From: Bacteriovoracaceae bacterium | GTDB taxonomy: Bacteria; Bdellovibrionota; Bacteriovoracia; Bacteriovoracales; Bacteriovoracaceae | Assembly (NCBI GenBank): GCA_947461145.1 | Contig: CANHJD010000001.1 | Location: 1 to 54,323 of the forward strand | Direction of reading: 5' to 3' | DNA length: 54,323 nt | Shown: positions 19,820 through 29,983 of the stretch, one piece after another | Position numbering within the stretch: position 1 is the first letter of the stretch | Layout of the letters: every line of letters starts with the position of its first letter | Made by a program: the position numbers and the translations under genes | Notes under the pieces: model-generated | The model's input: the letters and a program-made list of their open reading frames with translations, nothing else | Databases searched by the model: none | Told to the model about the DNA's origin: nothing

Positions 19820-20210
19820 AGTTTTCGAAAGTATTATCTCGGTTACCAAACTTCGTGTTGAGATTTTCTGTCTCATCACTATCAAAATTCATGAGCTCTG
19901 CAACAAAATCAGCTTCGTTAAGCGAGTAGAGCTTAAAGATTTTAAGAAACTCAGGCTTTACATTAGAAATATTGATGTTTGATTGCTTATCTTTCATTAT
20001 TTTAAGCGTCTCAACAAAATGACAGATCCCTGATGAACCAACAAAGTCAATTCCACCCAAATCTATTGTGATTTTAGCGTTTGGATTGTTGTTTGCAATT
20101 TGTTGCAGCTCATTTCTTAAAGGATAACTATGATCGTAGTTTAAATCCCCTTGCATATGAACGATAATATTTCCATTGGCGTCTCTAAGAACGTTGGCCT
20201 TCATACTCAT
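19818..20210 (-). CDS. STAS-domain anti-sigma factor antagonist
   Basis: GDLNY, IDLGGIDFVGSSG, KIFKL pattern; AGGAG RBS. Confidence 0.85.
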   Translation of the reverse strand: MSMKANVLRDANGNIIVHMQGDLNYDHSYPLRNELQQIANNNPNAKITIDLGGIDFVGSSGICHFVETLKIMKDKQSNINISNVKPEFLKIFKLYSLNEADFVAELMNFDSDETENLNTKFGNRDNTFEN

Positions 20211-20254
20211 TGGGGTCTCTCCTTGGTGATTGCCCGTAACTTATTTATTTTAAC

Positions 20255-21106
20255 ATGAACTATCAAAAGGCCGAAGACGTGGGAAAAATCATTCTACTAA
20301 ACACACCTATAGGTAATCTTTCAGACCTAACTCCTCGTGTTCTGGATGCTTTAAGGGCGGGAGAAGAATTTGCTGTCGAAGATACTCGGGTATTCCGAGA
20401 GCTTTTAAACCATCTTGGAATTACTGTAAGTGGAAAGAGAATCCAATCTCTCCATGATCAATCTGAGTCTGGTCAGATTCAGAAATTACTAGAGCTCGCT
20501 AGATCAAGAGATCTCTACGTTGCATCTGAAGCCGGAAGTCCAATTGTTTCTGATCCGGCCTATCCTTTAGTTCTTGCGGCCTATGAAAATGGTATCGAGG
20601 TTGAGTCTTACTCAGGTGTATCTTCTCCAATTATGGCACTTGAACTTTCAGGACTACCTCCCATTCCCTTTCATTTTCATGGCTTTTTACCTCGAGAAAC
20701 TTCAAAGAGAGCAAAAGCTTTTAATGAGACGAATTACGGGACTCACATTTTTTTTGAAGCTCCAACTCGGGTTGAGGAAACGATGGATGAGCTTGCCCAG
20801 CTCCATCCAGAATTTAGTATTGCCTTGGTAAGAGAGCTTTCAAAAAAATTTCAGCAAGTTGTTCGATTTAAAGCGCGTGAATGGGAAAGTAAAAAGAAGG
20901 AAGTCACTTTTAAAGGGGAGTTCATCATACTCATCCATAGGGAGAGTAAGATTACTCAAATGATGGGGGAAGATCTTCGAGATTTGGCCCAAGAAATTTT
21001 AACTAAAAATTCGGGTCCAAAGAACCTTGCCAAGTTATTAGGTCTTATTCTAGATCGACCTACTAAAGAAATTTATGCTGAACTCAATCAGATAAAAAAA
21101 TCTTAA
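20255..21106 (+). CDS. rsmI: 16S rRNA (C1402-2'-O)-methyltransferase
   Basis: TPIGNLSD, EDTR, SEAGSPIVSDP, FEAP.R, RELSK, KGEF. Confidence 0.93.
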   Translation: MNYQKAEDVGKIILLNTPIGNLSDLTPRVLDALRAGEEFAVEDTRVFRELLNHLGITVSGKRIQSLHDQSESGQIQKLLELARSRDLYVASEAGSPIVSDPAYPLVLAAYENGIEVESYSGVSSPIMALELSGLPPIPFHFHGFLPRETSKRAKAFNETNYGTHIFFEAPTRVEETMDELAQLHPEFSIALVRELSKKFQQVVRFKAREWESKKKEVTFKGEFIILIHRESKITQMMGEDLRDLAQEILTKNSGPKNLAKLLGLILDRPTKEIYAELNQIKKS

Positions 21107-21108
21107 AG

Positions 21109-21134
21109 AGGGAATTCTTTTTAAAGAATTCCCT
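21109..21134. terminator. Inverted repeat between convergent genes
   Basis: AGGGAATTCTTT-TT-AAAGAATTCCCT. Confidence 0.5.
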
Positions 21135-23418
21135 GAAGACTTGTATTAGAAGGTCTTATCTGAAAGTTTGGCATCTGTTTTGGTTGATAGTTTTGATTAT
21201 TAATATTTGGATTCACTTTTTGTAGAGCAGGTATATCTGCGCAGCTTGGCCCTGCCACGGAGGAACCCTTATCATCATATAAACTCGCACAAGTCTTATA
21301 AGCTTCTTCTGCCCTTACTTCTGTTATCGAAGTTCCTGTTGCAACTTCTCCTTCAGTAACTTTAATCTCTACTTTAGAGTCAGTTTGCTCTCCACTTTCG
21401 CCATCACCTACGGCCGAAGTTTTTACGTCTTCTTTAGGAGCAACTTTAAGTTTGCTAGCTCCAGTTCCTTGTCTACTCCAAGAAATTTTAAATCCAGAGG
21501 GTAATTCTTTTGTTTCTGCATTATCAATTTTAAAAGTGGCGTTTACTTTCACCGTCGCTGCTCCAGCGGCATCTGCTTTTGCAGTTATAGTGTATGATTT
21601 TTTCGCTTCTGCTTCCTCGACAATGGCCGGGATCTCAATTTCACAGCTATAGGAAGGTTTAGGCACTTCTACACTTTGAATGAAAAATGTTAAAGAGACT
21701 TTCTTTGCTTCTTTTTCTTGAGTAACCACTGCCTCATTCTTCTTATTCGCAGTTGCACTTACCCCCTCAGACCAATTAACCTCTGTTATCTCTTCCTCTT
21801 TAACACCTGAAAAGCTAGCGGTAATCATTGATTTTGTTTTGTCACCATTGACCTGAGAGAGTTGAAGGATACAAGACTTTTCTGTTTCCTCTTCTTTTTC
21901 TTCTTCGACAATGAGGATTGGACAACTTTGCTCGCTGTCATCTTCGAGTTTTACTGGCATTGAGGTCATATCTTTTGTGACATTCTTTATCTGACTTAAT
22001 TTCATTTTTGAAATGTCAATTTCCTCATTCTTATTTTCTGATTTGAAAGAGGCTTTCGCTACGTTACAAATATAGTTTTCAGAACTTTGAGGATCTTTTT
22101 CACATTTAGATTCGCATTCAAATTCTTTTTTTACTTCTTCAACGACTTCAATGGTTATAGGACAAAGCTGCTTTGATCCGTTTGAAAGCTCTACAGACAT
22201 CGTAGACATTTCAGGCTTTGCATTATCAAGAGATTTTACTTTTAATGATGAGACAAGAATTGGCTCATCTTTGTCATTTAATTTCCAGCCAGCATTAATA
22301 ACTTCACACTTGAATTTTTTTGAGCCTTTTTCAGTCTCCTCACATTTTGATTGGCAATACCACTCTTTAACTGGTGGAACTTCAACAACTGGGGAGCAGT
22401 AGTTTTGAACTCCTGAGTTTAATATTAATGTTTTATATTCTTTATCAAATTCTTGGGGAAGTTTGTTAGGTGGAGTTGAGAGTTTTTTTATATTCTCGTC
22501 ATTGAAAAACTGATTCCACTTTTTAATAAAGTCTTCATTTTCTTTTGGGAAGGAAGTCGCTAGCTCTGAACATTTCTCATTGCCCAGTCCTCGCATTGAA
22601 TTCATCATGCCGAAGCAAGTTCTGTGTGGACGAAGATAGTCAATGTATTCTTTGTCGATGCCAGACTTACCACAAGCGCATAATTGAAAAACAAAATCTT
22701 GTACAGAATTTACTGCCGAAGGGTTGGACTTCATTTGCTCGGCCATGGCATTTAATCGATCTTGTTTTGAATCTTGATCTTTTGGCACATTTTCTACTTG
22801 AAGTGCCGACCTCATACATTCATAAGAGGCGTTATGGGCCTTGTTGGTTTTATTATCAAATCCCGTATCAACACAAAAAGGTTTTTCACTTTTCGCTTGT
22901 TTGTACCCAAAAATCATCGGGTTGCATGAAATTTTGTTTGGGCCTACACATTTTCCATTGGCAGAGAGATACGCAGATCTGATTTTAGGATCTGTAGACA
23001 TTGAGGGATGGACACAAAATGAAGAACCATTAATTTTTTTTGTTTCGGATGCCCAGCCAGCATAGATACAGGCCTTCCCTTTTTTCCTTTGCATTAAAGA
23101 TACGAACTCCCGCCCCATATTTCCGAAGTCTGCTGCCACTGCTTCACTAAGGAGAAACTGGCGTAATTTAAAAATCAATTGAGTGTATTTCTTCAAATCA
23201 ACATTTAAGGCATTCGTGGTTCTTATTTGTTTTTCATATTTTGATTCCATTTCAATCATCAACTCCATCGTTCGGATAATGAGTAGATGTTTCTCTTCCA
23301 TGCTCAGATGAACAAAGTTTTCATGGTTCATCTTAAAGGGATTAGTCACAGACTGGGCCCATGGCATTAAAATCAAAAGGAGTAGGGACAGTAAGATATA
23401 TTTTTGCATAGTATTCAC
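21121..23418 (-). CDS. Secreted Cys-rich protein with tandem ~80-aa beta-rich repeats
   Basis: Signal peptide; CIYAGW/CNP..FG N-domain; two C.SKCE...C.V...Q.CPI repeats. Confidence 0.82.
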   Translation of the reverse strand: MNTMQKYILLSLLLLILMPWAQSVTNPFKMNHENFVHLSMEEKHLLIIRTMELMIEMESKYEKQIRTTNALNVDLKKYTQLIFKLRQFLLSEAVAADFGNMGREFVSLMQRKKGKACIYAGWASETKKINGSSFCVHPSMSTDPKIRSAYLSANGKCVGPNKISCNPMIFGYKQAKSEKPFCVDTGFDNKTNKAHNASYECMRSALQVENVPKDQDSKQDRLNAMAEQMKSNPSAVNSVQDFVFQLCACGKSGIDKEYIDYLRPHRTCFGMMNSMRGLGNEKCSELATSFPKENEDFIKKWNQFFNDENIKKLSTPPNKLPQEFDKEYKTLILNSGVQNYCSPVVEVPPVKEWYCQSKCEETEKGSKKFKCEVINAGWKLNDKDEPILVSSLKVKSLDNAKPEMSTMSVELSNGSKQLCPITIEVVEEVKKEFECESKCEKDPQSSENYICNVAKASFKSENKNEEIDISKMKLSQIKNVTKDMTSMPVKLEDDSEQSCPILIVEEEKEEETEKSCILQLSQVNGDKTKSMITASFSGVKEEEITEVNWSEGVSATANKKNEAVVTQEKEAKKVSLTFFIQSVEVPKPSYSCEIEIPAIVEEAEAKKSYTITAKADAAGAATVKVNATFKIDNAETKELPSGFKISWSRQGTGASKLKVAPKEDVKTSAVGDGESGEQTDSKVEIKVTEGEVATGTSITEVRAEEAYKTCASLYDDKGSSVAGPSCADIPALQKVNPNINNQNYQPKQMPNFQIRPSNTSLQGIL

Positions 23419-23428
23419 CTTATAATTC

Positions 23429-23455
23429 TTATCGGAAAAAGGGCGATTTTCTTAA
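23429..23455 (-). promoter_or_regulatory. sigma28/FliA-type promoter
   Basis: Minus strand TTAAG-N14-TCCGATAA. Confidence 0.65.
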
Positions 23456-23655
23456 GATCTTAACTCATTGAGTTTGGTGGGTTTAGCAGTACTTCACTTG
23501 GTGCTTTCCATAATGTGATTTCAGTGCCTTAGACTGGTTTTGGCTTTTGTTGATTCTCTAGGGTAGCCAATCTCTTAGGGCATTTTCCTTCTCAAAAGGT
23601 ACCATTAATTTTATGATGATTATCCAAGATAACTCTGCTCAAGGATTGCTAAAAA

Positions 23656-24510
23656 ATGGGATGGTTTCATCAGGTAAAAAACCCAAAGCTTAAAAATGTA
23701 AAAAAGATGGCAGGAAATACTCCTGTTGGGCTATGGAAAAAATGTAATCAATGTGGAGAAATTCTTCAGGCAGAGAAGCTTGAAGAAAACCTGCATGTTT
23801 GCCCTTTGTGCGATTATCATTATCGGATTTCTGCCTATGATAGAATCGCCGTGATGACTGATGAGAATAGTTTTGAAGAAATTAGTCCTGATTTAATTTC
23901 CAATAATCCACTGCAATTTGAAGATAAAATGCCTTACGCCCAAAGATTGCAAGCCGCAATCAAGACAACTGGCCTCAAGGATTCCACTGTTTGTGGAACT
24001 GCGACAATTGATGGGATTTCTGTCTCTTTAGCTGTTATGGACTTTCGATTTATGGGTGGATCCATGGGTGTAGTCACAGGCGAAAAAATCGCTCTGGCAA
24101 TGGACATAGGGTTTGAAAAGAAAATACCTGTTATTGTAGTTTCTTGCTCTGGTGGAGCAAGAATGCAGGAGGGGATTCTCTCACTTATGCAGTTGGCTAA
24201 AACTTCAGCCTCCCGCGCGCGATTAAAAACTCATAATATTCCATACATTTCTTTACTTACGGATCCAACAACTGGTGGCTGTGCTGCTAGCTTTGCTATG
24301 CAAGGGGATCTCAATATTGCTGAACCAAAAGCTTTGATTGGCTTTGCAGGGCCAAGAGTAATTGAGCAGTCAATCCGTCAAACTCTTCCTGAGGGATTTC
24401 AGCGATCAGAATTTTTAAAAGAGCATGGATTTATTGATAGAATTATTCATCGGAAAGAATTAAAAAAAGAGCTCAGCTTCTTCATTAAGATGTTTTCTCC
24501 TGGAGCATGA
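23656..24510 (+). CDS. accD: Acetyl-CoA carboxylase carboxyltransferase beta subunit
   Basis: LW.KC..C zinc finger, FMGGSMG, SGGARMQEG, GFAGPRVIEQ. Confidence 0.97.
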   Translation: MGWFHQVKNPKLKNVKKMAGNTPVGLWKKCNQCGEILQAEKLEENLHVCPLCDYHYRISAYDRIAVMTDENSFEEISPDLISNNPLQFEDKMPYAQRLQAAIKTTGLKDSTVCGTATIDGISVSLAVMDFRFMGGSMGVVTGEKIALAMDIGFEKKIPVIVVSCSGGARMQEGILSLMQLAKTSASRARLKTHNIPYISLLTDPTTGGCAASFAMQGDLNIAEPKALIGFAGPRVIEQSIRQTLPEGFQRSEFLKEHGFIDRIIHRKELKKELSFFIKMFSPGA

Positions 24511-25685
24511 GGGAGACTTTAGAAGATTGGCTTATTACTCATTATGGTAGAGAGTTTTATCAACCGGGACTCGAGCGGATAAAGTTAGCTATTGCTCCGA
24601 TGATTCATTCTCTTCAAGAATCAAAAATTGTGATTATTGCTGGAACCAATGGAAAAGGAGAGACAACTCATCGCCTAGCACATTTGTTAAAAGAATTTTC
24701 GTTTTGTTCTTGGACCTCTCCCCACATTTCTTGCATTAGTGAGCGTTTCTCATCAGAGCTTGGAAATATTTCTAGGATAGAACTTGAACAGCTCATCTTT
24801 GATTCCCACAACGAAGTACAAAAACATAAGTTCCAACTCACTTATTATGAGTTTCTTTTTTTTGTGTTTTGCAAGTGGGTCTATAGAAAAAAACCACAGT
24901 TTTTATTGTTGGAAGTAGGTCTTGGTGGAAGATTAGATGCCGTCAATTCACTTGATGCTTCTTTGGTCCTCTTGTGTTCAATTTCTCGAGATCATCAAGA
25001 GTTTTTGGGTAACCGTTACGATAAAATCTTAAAAGAAAAATTAGGTGTTTTAAGGTCTGGAGCAGATTTAATTAGTTTCCTAGATTTAGAATATCTAAGA
25101 CAGAGAGCAAGCGAGGCAAGTCAATCACTAGGGGTCAGACATTTTGATCTCACTCATGTCATATCCTTGGCCCCCTTTGAATTTTCAATGAGGAATCAAT
25201 TCTTGGCCTATGCAGCATTTTGTCATCTTTTTGGAAGAGAAATAAGTTCCAAAAATTGGATTCCTTCCTCGGAAGTTTTAAGCTTCAGGGGGGAAATTCT
25301 TAAGATTCAGAACGAATGGTGGCTTTATGGCTCCCATAATGTCGATGGAGTAAGAAAACTTATTCAATTTTTAAAATCCCCCAATTATAATTTAGGCACA
25401 TTACAATTTGATGTCATTCTAACTTCTTTTTCCAAGCGAAATGAGACCGATGTTCGAGTCATGTTGAAAATGCTAAAATGTGCAGATCTAGGACAGGTTG
25501 TCGTAACTGCAATTGATCACCCAAAAGGGTATCCGCGAGAAGAATTAGAAAAACTTGCAATCCAAGAAGGACTAAGTTTTGTTAAAGAAGTTTCAACCTA
25601 TGTTCATGAAAGGACTAACCAAAAAATTTTGGTGGCAGGTTCTTATTATTTTATTGGTGTGCTTAAACGCATTCTCAGCAACTGA
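24507..25685 (+). CDS. folC: Folylpolyglutamate/dihydrofolate synthase (divergent)
   Basis: AGTNGKG, TSPH, LEVGLGGRLDAVN, DH...LG; follows accD. Confidence 0.85.
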   Translation: MRETLEDWLITHYGREFYQPGLERIKLAIAPMIHSLQESKIVIIAGTNGKGETTHRLAHLLKEFSFCSWTSPHISCISERFSSELGNISRIELEQLIFDSHNEVQKHKFQLTYYEFLFFVFCKWVYRKKPQFLLLEVGLGGRLDAVNSLDASLVLLCSISRDHQEFLGNRYDKILKEKLGVLRSGADLISFLDLEYLRQRASEASQSLGVRHFDLTHVISLAPFEFSMRNQFLAYAAFCHLFGREISSKNWIPSSEVLSFRGEILKIQNEWWLYGSHNVDGVRKLIQFLKSPNYNLGTLQFDVILTSFSKRNETDVRVMLKMLKCADLGQVVVTAIDHPKGYPREELEKLAIQEGLSFVKEVSTYVHERTNQKILVAGSYYFIGVLKRILSN

Positions 25686-28044
25686 TAAAGCTCAACTAAC
25701 TTTTGGCGATAAACTTTCCATTTATTCAGACAAAGCCTTTCGAAAAAATAATGGTCGCTACTTTGAGGCCGTAGGAAATGTCGTCATCATTTCTCAATCT
25801 GACACTATCTATGGTGAGGTTGCTTCATTGGATCAGGATTCAATGTTGGCAAAAATAGAAGGTAATGTTCGAGTAATTACTAAAGATCTCACCTTATATG
25901 GCTCTCATCTTCAATATAATACGGCGACTGGAACAGCTCATATCAAAAATGCCCGAATTATGGCGATGGACTTTAACCTTGTTGCCAATGAATTACTTAG
26001 GTTAAATGAAAATGAATATCTTGCTAAAGAAGCAGAGTTCACGACCTGTAAAGATTGTGCGGAGTCTTGGTCAGTGTATGGTAAGGAAATAAGAATTAAA
26101 GTTGGTAGTTACGTAACTATAAAGCATGGTTTGGCAAAAATAAAAGGAGTAGATATTCTCTACTTGCCTTATATCGTTCTCCCGATACAAACCAAAAGAA
26201 AAACAGGCCTATTGTTTCCTAAGCTTTCCTCTCGATTGGCGGAAGGGTTGGCAATTGAGCAGCCAATTTTTGTTGCAATTGATGAATCTAAAGATGCTAC
26301 CCTTAGTCCTACTTTTTGGGCCAAGAGAGGCTACGGAGGAGATGTTCAATATCGACAAAAGTTCTCTGATCTGAGCTGGATGGAGTTTAATGCTCGTGCT
26401 CTTAATGATACAATCTATGAACCTGGCAAGACGAGCCTAGGGACATCTGGAGATCAGTTTTTTAGATACTTCACCGAGCTTGAAACTCATCAACAATTTA
26501 CATCTAATTTGTCCTCTCATTTACGATATACGGGAACTCGAGATCTGGATATGGTCAGAGATCATCCAACGTTCACCGATGATAAAATCATAAGTTCGGA
26601 CATGGGATTTTCAGGATTTCTTGAATGGAGACAGGACTATTTTACTGTAAGTACGAGTGCGGATTATTTAAGGAATCAGTTCTTTTCAGATTCGCTTGAA
26701 TTTGATCGCTCCTATGTACAAACTTTGCCTAGGGTGAATCTGTCTTCTGCGCCAATATCGCTTCTGCAATCTGATGTTCCATTCTTTCAACATGTTTCAG
26801 TTGGATTTGATGGGTCTGTGACCAGGTTTCATCAAGTCAAAGAAGATGATGATTTAAATTTGAGAAATGCTAATAGAGTATCTCTTCGACCTTATTTAAT
26901 GTGGCATATGTTAAATATGGGGCCATTATCTTTAAATACTTCTTACACTTTAGATCAACAGTTGTATGAGTTTGCCGATCCTGATCAGCCTAGATTTGGT
27001 AAAAATGCCGGCCTTATAAAATCAGAGTTAAGTTTTACAATGGATAAAATCTTTGGTCTGGCATTTGAAGAGAAAATTCCTATCAAATACATTGATGAGA
27101 GTGATTTGAAGAAATTACGTGAGAAGAAAGAGCAGGGACTTACTCCCATTCAATCTGTGGAAAAAAAGAACAGGCTGATTGGGGAGATAGACACATTTGA
27201 ATCTGAGCTTGCTCGTGAGAATATCATTCAGACAAGAAATAGTTATCGACATTCTCAAGAATTTAAACTGATACACCATTATATCTCCTCTCAAGCAGAA
27301 TATGGAAATAAGAGATTTGCTTCCCAGATTAATTCCAATACAGGTTGGTATGATTATGAGGATGCGAGACGTTCAGAGGAGTTTCTTTTTGGTGCAAATA
27401 CGACAAGGACTTTAGTACCACCTGAAAACACCATGGAACTCCAATGGAACAATTCCCTAATAAGAAAAACACCAAAAAACTTTAGTTATTTGGTGGATGA
27501 TAAATATCTTAGAGATAATTTTACTTATTCTAGAATCGGTTGGTTTAATGTTTCGCAAGGTTATTTGGTAAATGAGAAAGATGCCGTAGATAATCGTAAT
27601 CGATTAACGCGTTTGATGGTTTTTACCGGATATTCTACTGATAGATGGATTTTAAATCTTCAGGAATTTTATTTCCACTATGAACAGGAGAATATTTTTA
27701 AATTTAATTTTAACCGTAGGTTCGAGTATTTTAGACTTTTGGGTGCTTATAATTACAATTCCTTTGGCCAGTCAAATCTGAATACACTTTCTGCTGGTGG
27801 ACAAGTCAGGCCAACAGATACTCTCGGTCTAGCAGTCATGAAAGATATGGATTTACAGGCACAAAAGAACATTCGAACCAATTATTCTTTGGATATTATG
27901 CCCCATAATAATTGCTGGATACTTAATTTGAATTATAGAGAGAGCTTAGTTGACTCTCGTTATTTCTTTAATATCATTTTTAATTTTGGAGATGATAACT
28001 TCTATCAATACAGAAACAATTATTTTGGCGTTAATCGCCAATGA
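25606..28044 (+). CDS. lptD: LPS-assembly outer-membrane protein LptD
   Basis: OstA-like N-domain, FTTC..C, R.TGLLFP, aromatic beta-strands, NNCW near the C-terminus; start uncertain (25579/25600/25606). Confidence 0.82.
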   Translation: MKGLTKKFWWQVLIILLVCLNAFSATDKAQLTFGDKLSIYSDKAFRKNNGRYFEAVGNVVIISQSDTIYGEVASLDQDSMLAKIEGNVRVITKDLTLYGSHLQYNTATGTAHIKNARIMAMDFNLVANELLRLNENEYLAKEAEFTTCKDCAESWSVYGKEIRIKVGSYVTIKHGLAKIKGVDILYLPYIVLPIQTKRKTGLLFPKLSSRLAEGLAIEQPIFVAIDESKDATLSPTFWAKRGYGGDVQYRQKFSDLSWMEFNARALNDTIYEPGKTSLGTSGDQFFRYFTELETHQQFTSNLSSHLRYTGTRDLDMVRDHPTFTDDKIISSDMGFSGFLEWRQDYFTVSTSADYLRNQFFSDSLEFDRSYVQTLPRVNLSSAPISLLQSDVPFFQHVSVGFDGSVTRFHQVKEDDDLNLRNANRVSLRPYLMWHMLNMGPLSLNTSYTLDQQLYEFADPDQPRFGKNAGLIKSELSFTMDKIFGLAFEEKIPIKYIDESDLKKLREKKEQGLTPIQSVEKKNRLIGEIDTFESELARENIIQTRNSYRHSQEFKLIHHYISSQAEYGNKRFASQINSNTGWYDYEDARRSEEFLFGANTTRTLVPPENTMELQWNNSLIRKTPKNFSYLVDDKYLRDNFTYSRIGWFNVSQGYLVNEKDAVDNRNRLTRLMVFTGYSTDRWILNLQEFYFHYEQENIFKFNFNRRFEYFRLLGAYNYNSFGQSNLNTLSAGGQVRPTDTLGLAVMKDMDLQAQKNIRTNYSLDIMPHNNCWILNLNYRESLVDSRYFFNIIFNFGDDNFYQYRNNYFGVNRQ

Positions 28045-28604
28045 AAACAGCATTGTTTTTAGATTTTGAAGATAGTTTTTCTTACAATGTAATTCAAGAG
28101 TTGAATAATTGTGGTTTAGAAATAGATGTCATTAAGTGGTTTGAATTTAATGGCTTTTCCCATCATGATCTATTAGTACTTGGTCCTGGGCCTGGACATC
28201 CGGATGATTATAAAATTATTTTTCCATTGATAGAGAAGTGGCTCCATTCCAATAAAAAAATTTTTGCAATATGCTTGGGTCACCAGATTCTTGCTCGGAT
28301 TCTAGGATTTGATGTTTCAAAGTCTAAATTCCCAACCCATGGTCAGAAAGTTCAGTTAGAGCTAGATGAGTTTTGGCAAAATTTCCTTAATCTTCCAGAA
28401 AAAGTTATGGTCCAAAGATATAATTCACTGGCCGTCACCGCCTTAGAGACCTCAGCATTTGAAGATTTAGACATGTTATTTCTTAACGGCGAGATCATGA
28501 TTTCAAGATCTTCTCTATTTTTATCCTACCAATTTCATCCGGAATCTGTGGGAACTAAATGCCGTCGGTCTTTTTTTCGGCCAATTTTAGGAGATCTACT
28601 ATAA
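28041..28604 (+). CDS. Class I glutamine amidotransferase (TrpG/PabA-like)
   Basis: DFEDSFSYN, GPGPGHP, ICLGHQ, RYNSL, QFHPES. Confidence 0.88.
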   Translation: MKTALFLDFEDSFSYNVIQELNNCGLEIDVIKWFEFNGFSHHDLLVLGPGPGHPDDYKIIFPLIEKWLHSNKKIFAICLGHQILARILGFDVSKSKFPTHGQKVQLELDEFWQNFLNLPEKVMVQRYNSLAVTALETSAFEDLDMLFLNGEIMISRSSLFLSYQFHPESVGTKCRRSFFRPILGDLL

Positions 28605-28611
28605 TTCTCCT

Positions 28612-29232
28612 ATGGATCTTCTCATCCGTGGTGTCTTTGATGCCCAAACTTTAGAAACTGTTCAGCAATTAAACGTTACCAGAATTGGATTCGATCTTCG
28701 TGGAACGAGTTTAAATTTAATTCCTTTTCACATTCTGAGAGACCTAATTCCAAAATTAAAAACTGATCGAAATTATATTTCTTTTGAAAATGACTCTTTG
28801 GAAACTGTTTCTTCTTTTTTAAGCCTCCTTGGACCAGATAAAAGTAAATTTGAACTTGAATTTAGAGATAAACAAAGTTTTTCTTACTATGCATATATCA
28901 ATCATCCTTTCTCTTGGTTTTTCCACCCTGAAGGTGATTGGGAAGCTATTCTTTCCCTCCCTCAGCTTAAGACTGTTGTGCTGCCTATTAAATATGAATA
29001 CGCTTACCGAAACCTATCTAAATTTTGGGATCTTGTTCAATATAGAAATCTCCAGGTTATTCTACATGCCGAAACGTTTAAGGATCTAGAATTGTATGTT
29101 CACGAAAAAAATCTTATTCTAAGTGTTGATCTTGGAAGGGATTTTGAGACAAGTTTTAGAAAAATAGATCAGTCTCGACTCTGTAATCTCAGAATTTGGA
29201 GAATGTGTAATGAATCTTCTACTGGCCAATGA
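28612..29232 (+). CDS. Degenerate TrpF-like protein
   Basis: N-terminus IRGV......V..IGFDLR.TS..I resembles the TrpF start; VD....FET...KID near the end. Confidence 0.55.
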   Translation: MDLLIRGVFDAQTLETVQQLNVTRIGFDLRGTSLNLIPFHILRDLIPKLKTDRNYISFENDSLETVSSFLSLLGPDKSKFELEFRDKQSFSYYAYINHPFSWFFHPEGDWEAILSLPQLKTVVLPIKYEYAYRNLSKFWDLVQYRNLQVILHAETFKDLELYVHEKNLILSVDLGRDFETSFRKIDQSRLCNLRIWRMCNESSTGQ

Positions 29233-29983
29233 TGATGGTGTCCGCGCTCCTGGAATAAAAGCCCTCTTTGAAGAGTTAAAATCCAATTATAAAACTACAA
29301 TTATAGCTCCCCTCGAAGAACGTTCTACTACTGGGCATAGTTTGACTTTGGATAAACCCTTAAGACTGGAAAAACTAGAGCCTGATATCTATGGATGTTC
29401 TGGCTTCCCTGGGGATTGTATTTTAATGGGTCTCCATGTGATGAAAGACCGTAGACCTAATTTGGTTATTTCTGGGATTAATCGTGGAGCAAATTTAGGA
29501 CAGGATTTATATTACTCAGGCACCGTCGCGGCTGCCAGAGAGGCAACATTTCATAAGATACCGGCCATTGCTGTTAGTTTAGTTTTTAATTCTGTAACAG
29601 AAAATCATTTATATCATTCAGCTGCCAGGGTTATAAGTTTTTGTCTCCATCATGATATTCACAAGCAAATTCCCATTGGGACTTTGCTAAATATTAATGT
29701 TCCAAATTTAGAATTCAGTGAGATCAAGGGATTTAGGCTTACAGAAGTAGGTTTTAGACGCTATTCTGAAGAAATCCATGCTAGAGTAGATTCTAGACAA
29801 CGAGATTATTATTGGATTGCTGGACTTTATGAGGGATTTGAAAAGAATCCTCAATCTGATTGTCAGGCGATTCATGATGGCTATGTGGCAATCACGCCTC
29901 ATCAAGTTGTTGGGAATGAAAAAAGTGATTTTAAAGGTCTTGTTGAAATTATCGAGAGATTAAATGCAGCATTTGTTTCTTAG
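29210..29983 (+). CDS. surE: 5'/3'-nucleotidase SurE
   Basis: NDDG, SGINRGANLG, YSGTVAAA. Confidence 0.96.
   Translation: MNLLLANDDGVRAPGIKALFEELKSNYKTTIIAPLEERSTTGHSLTLDKPLRLEKLEPDIYGCSGFPGDCILMGLHVMKDRRPNLVISGINRGANLGQDLYYSGTVAAAREATFHKIPAIAVSLVFNSVTENHLYHSAARVISFCLHHDIHKQIPIGTLLNINVPNLEFSEIKGFRLTEVGFRRYSEEIHARVDSRQRDYYWIAGLYEGFEKNPQSDCQAIHDGYVAITPHQVVGNEKSDFKGLVEIIERLNAAFVS

Noticed and set aside
6535-21140. Shared C-terminal sorting signal among secreted proteins (…VGW, …GIK, …GIL)
   Set aside because: Similarity too slight across three proteins to distinguish from chance
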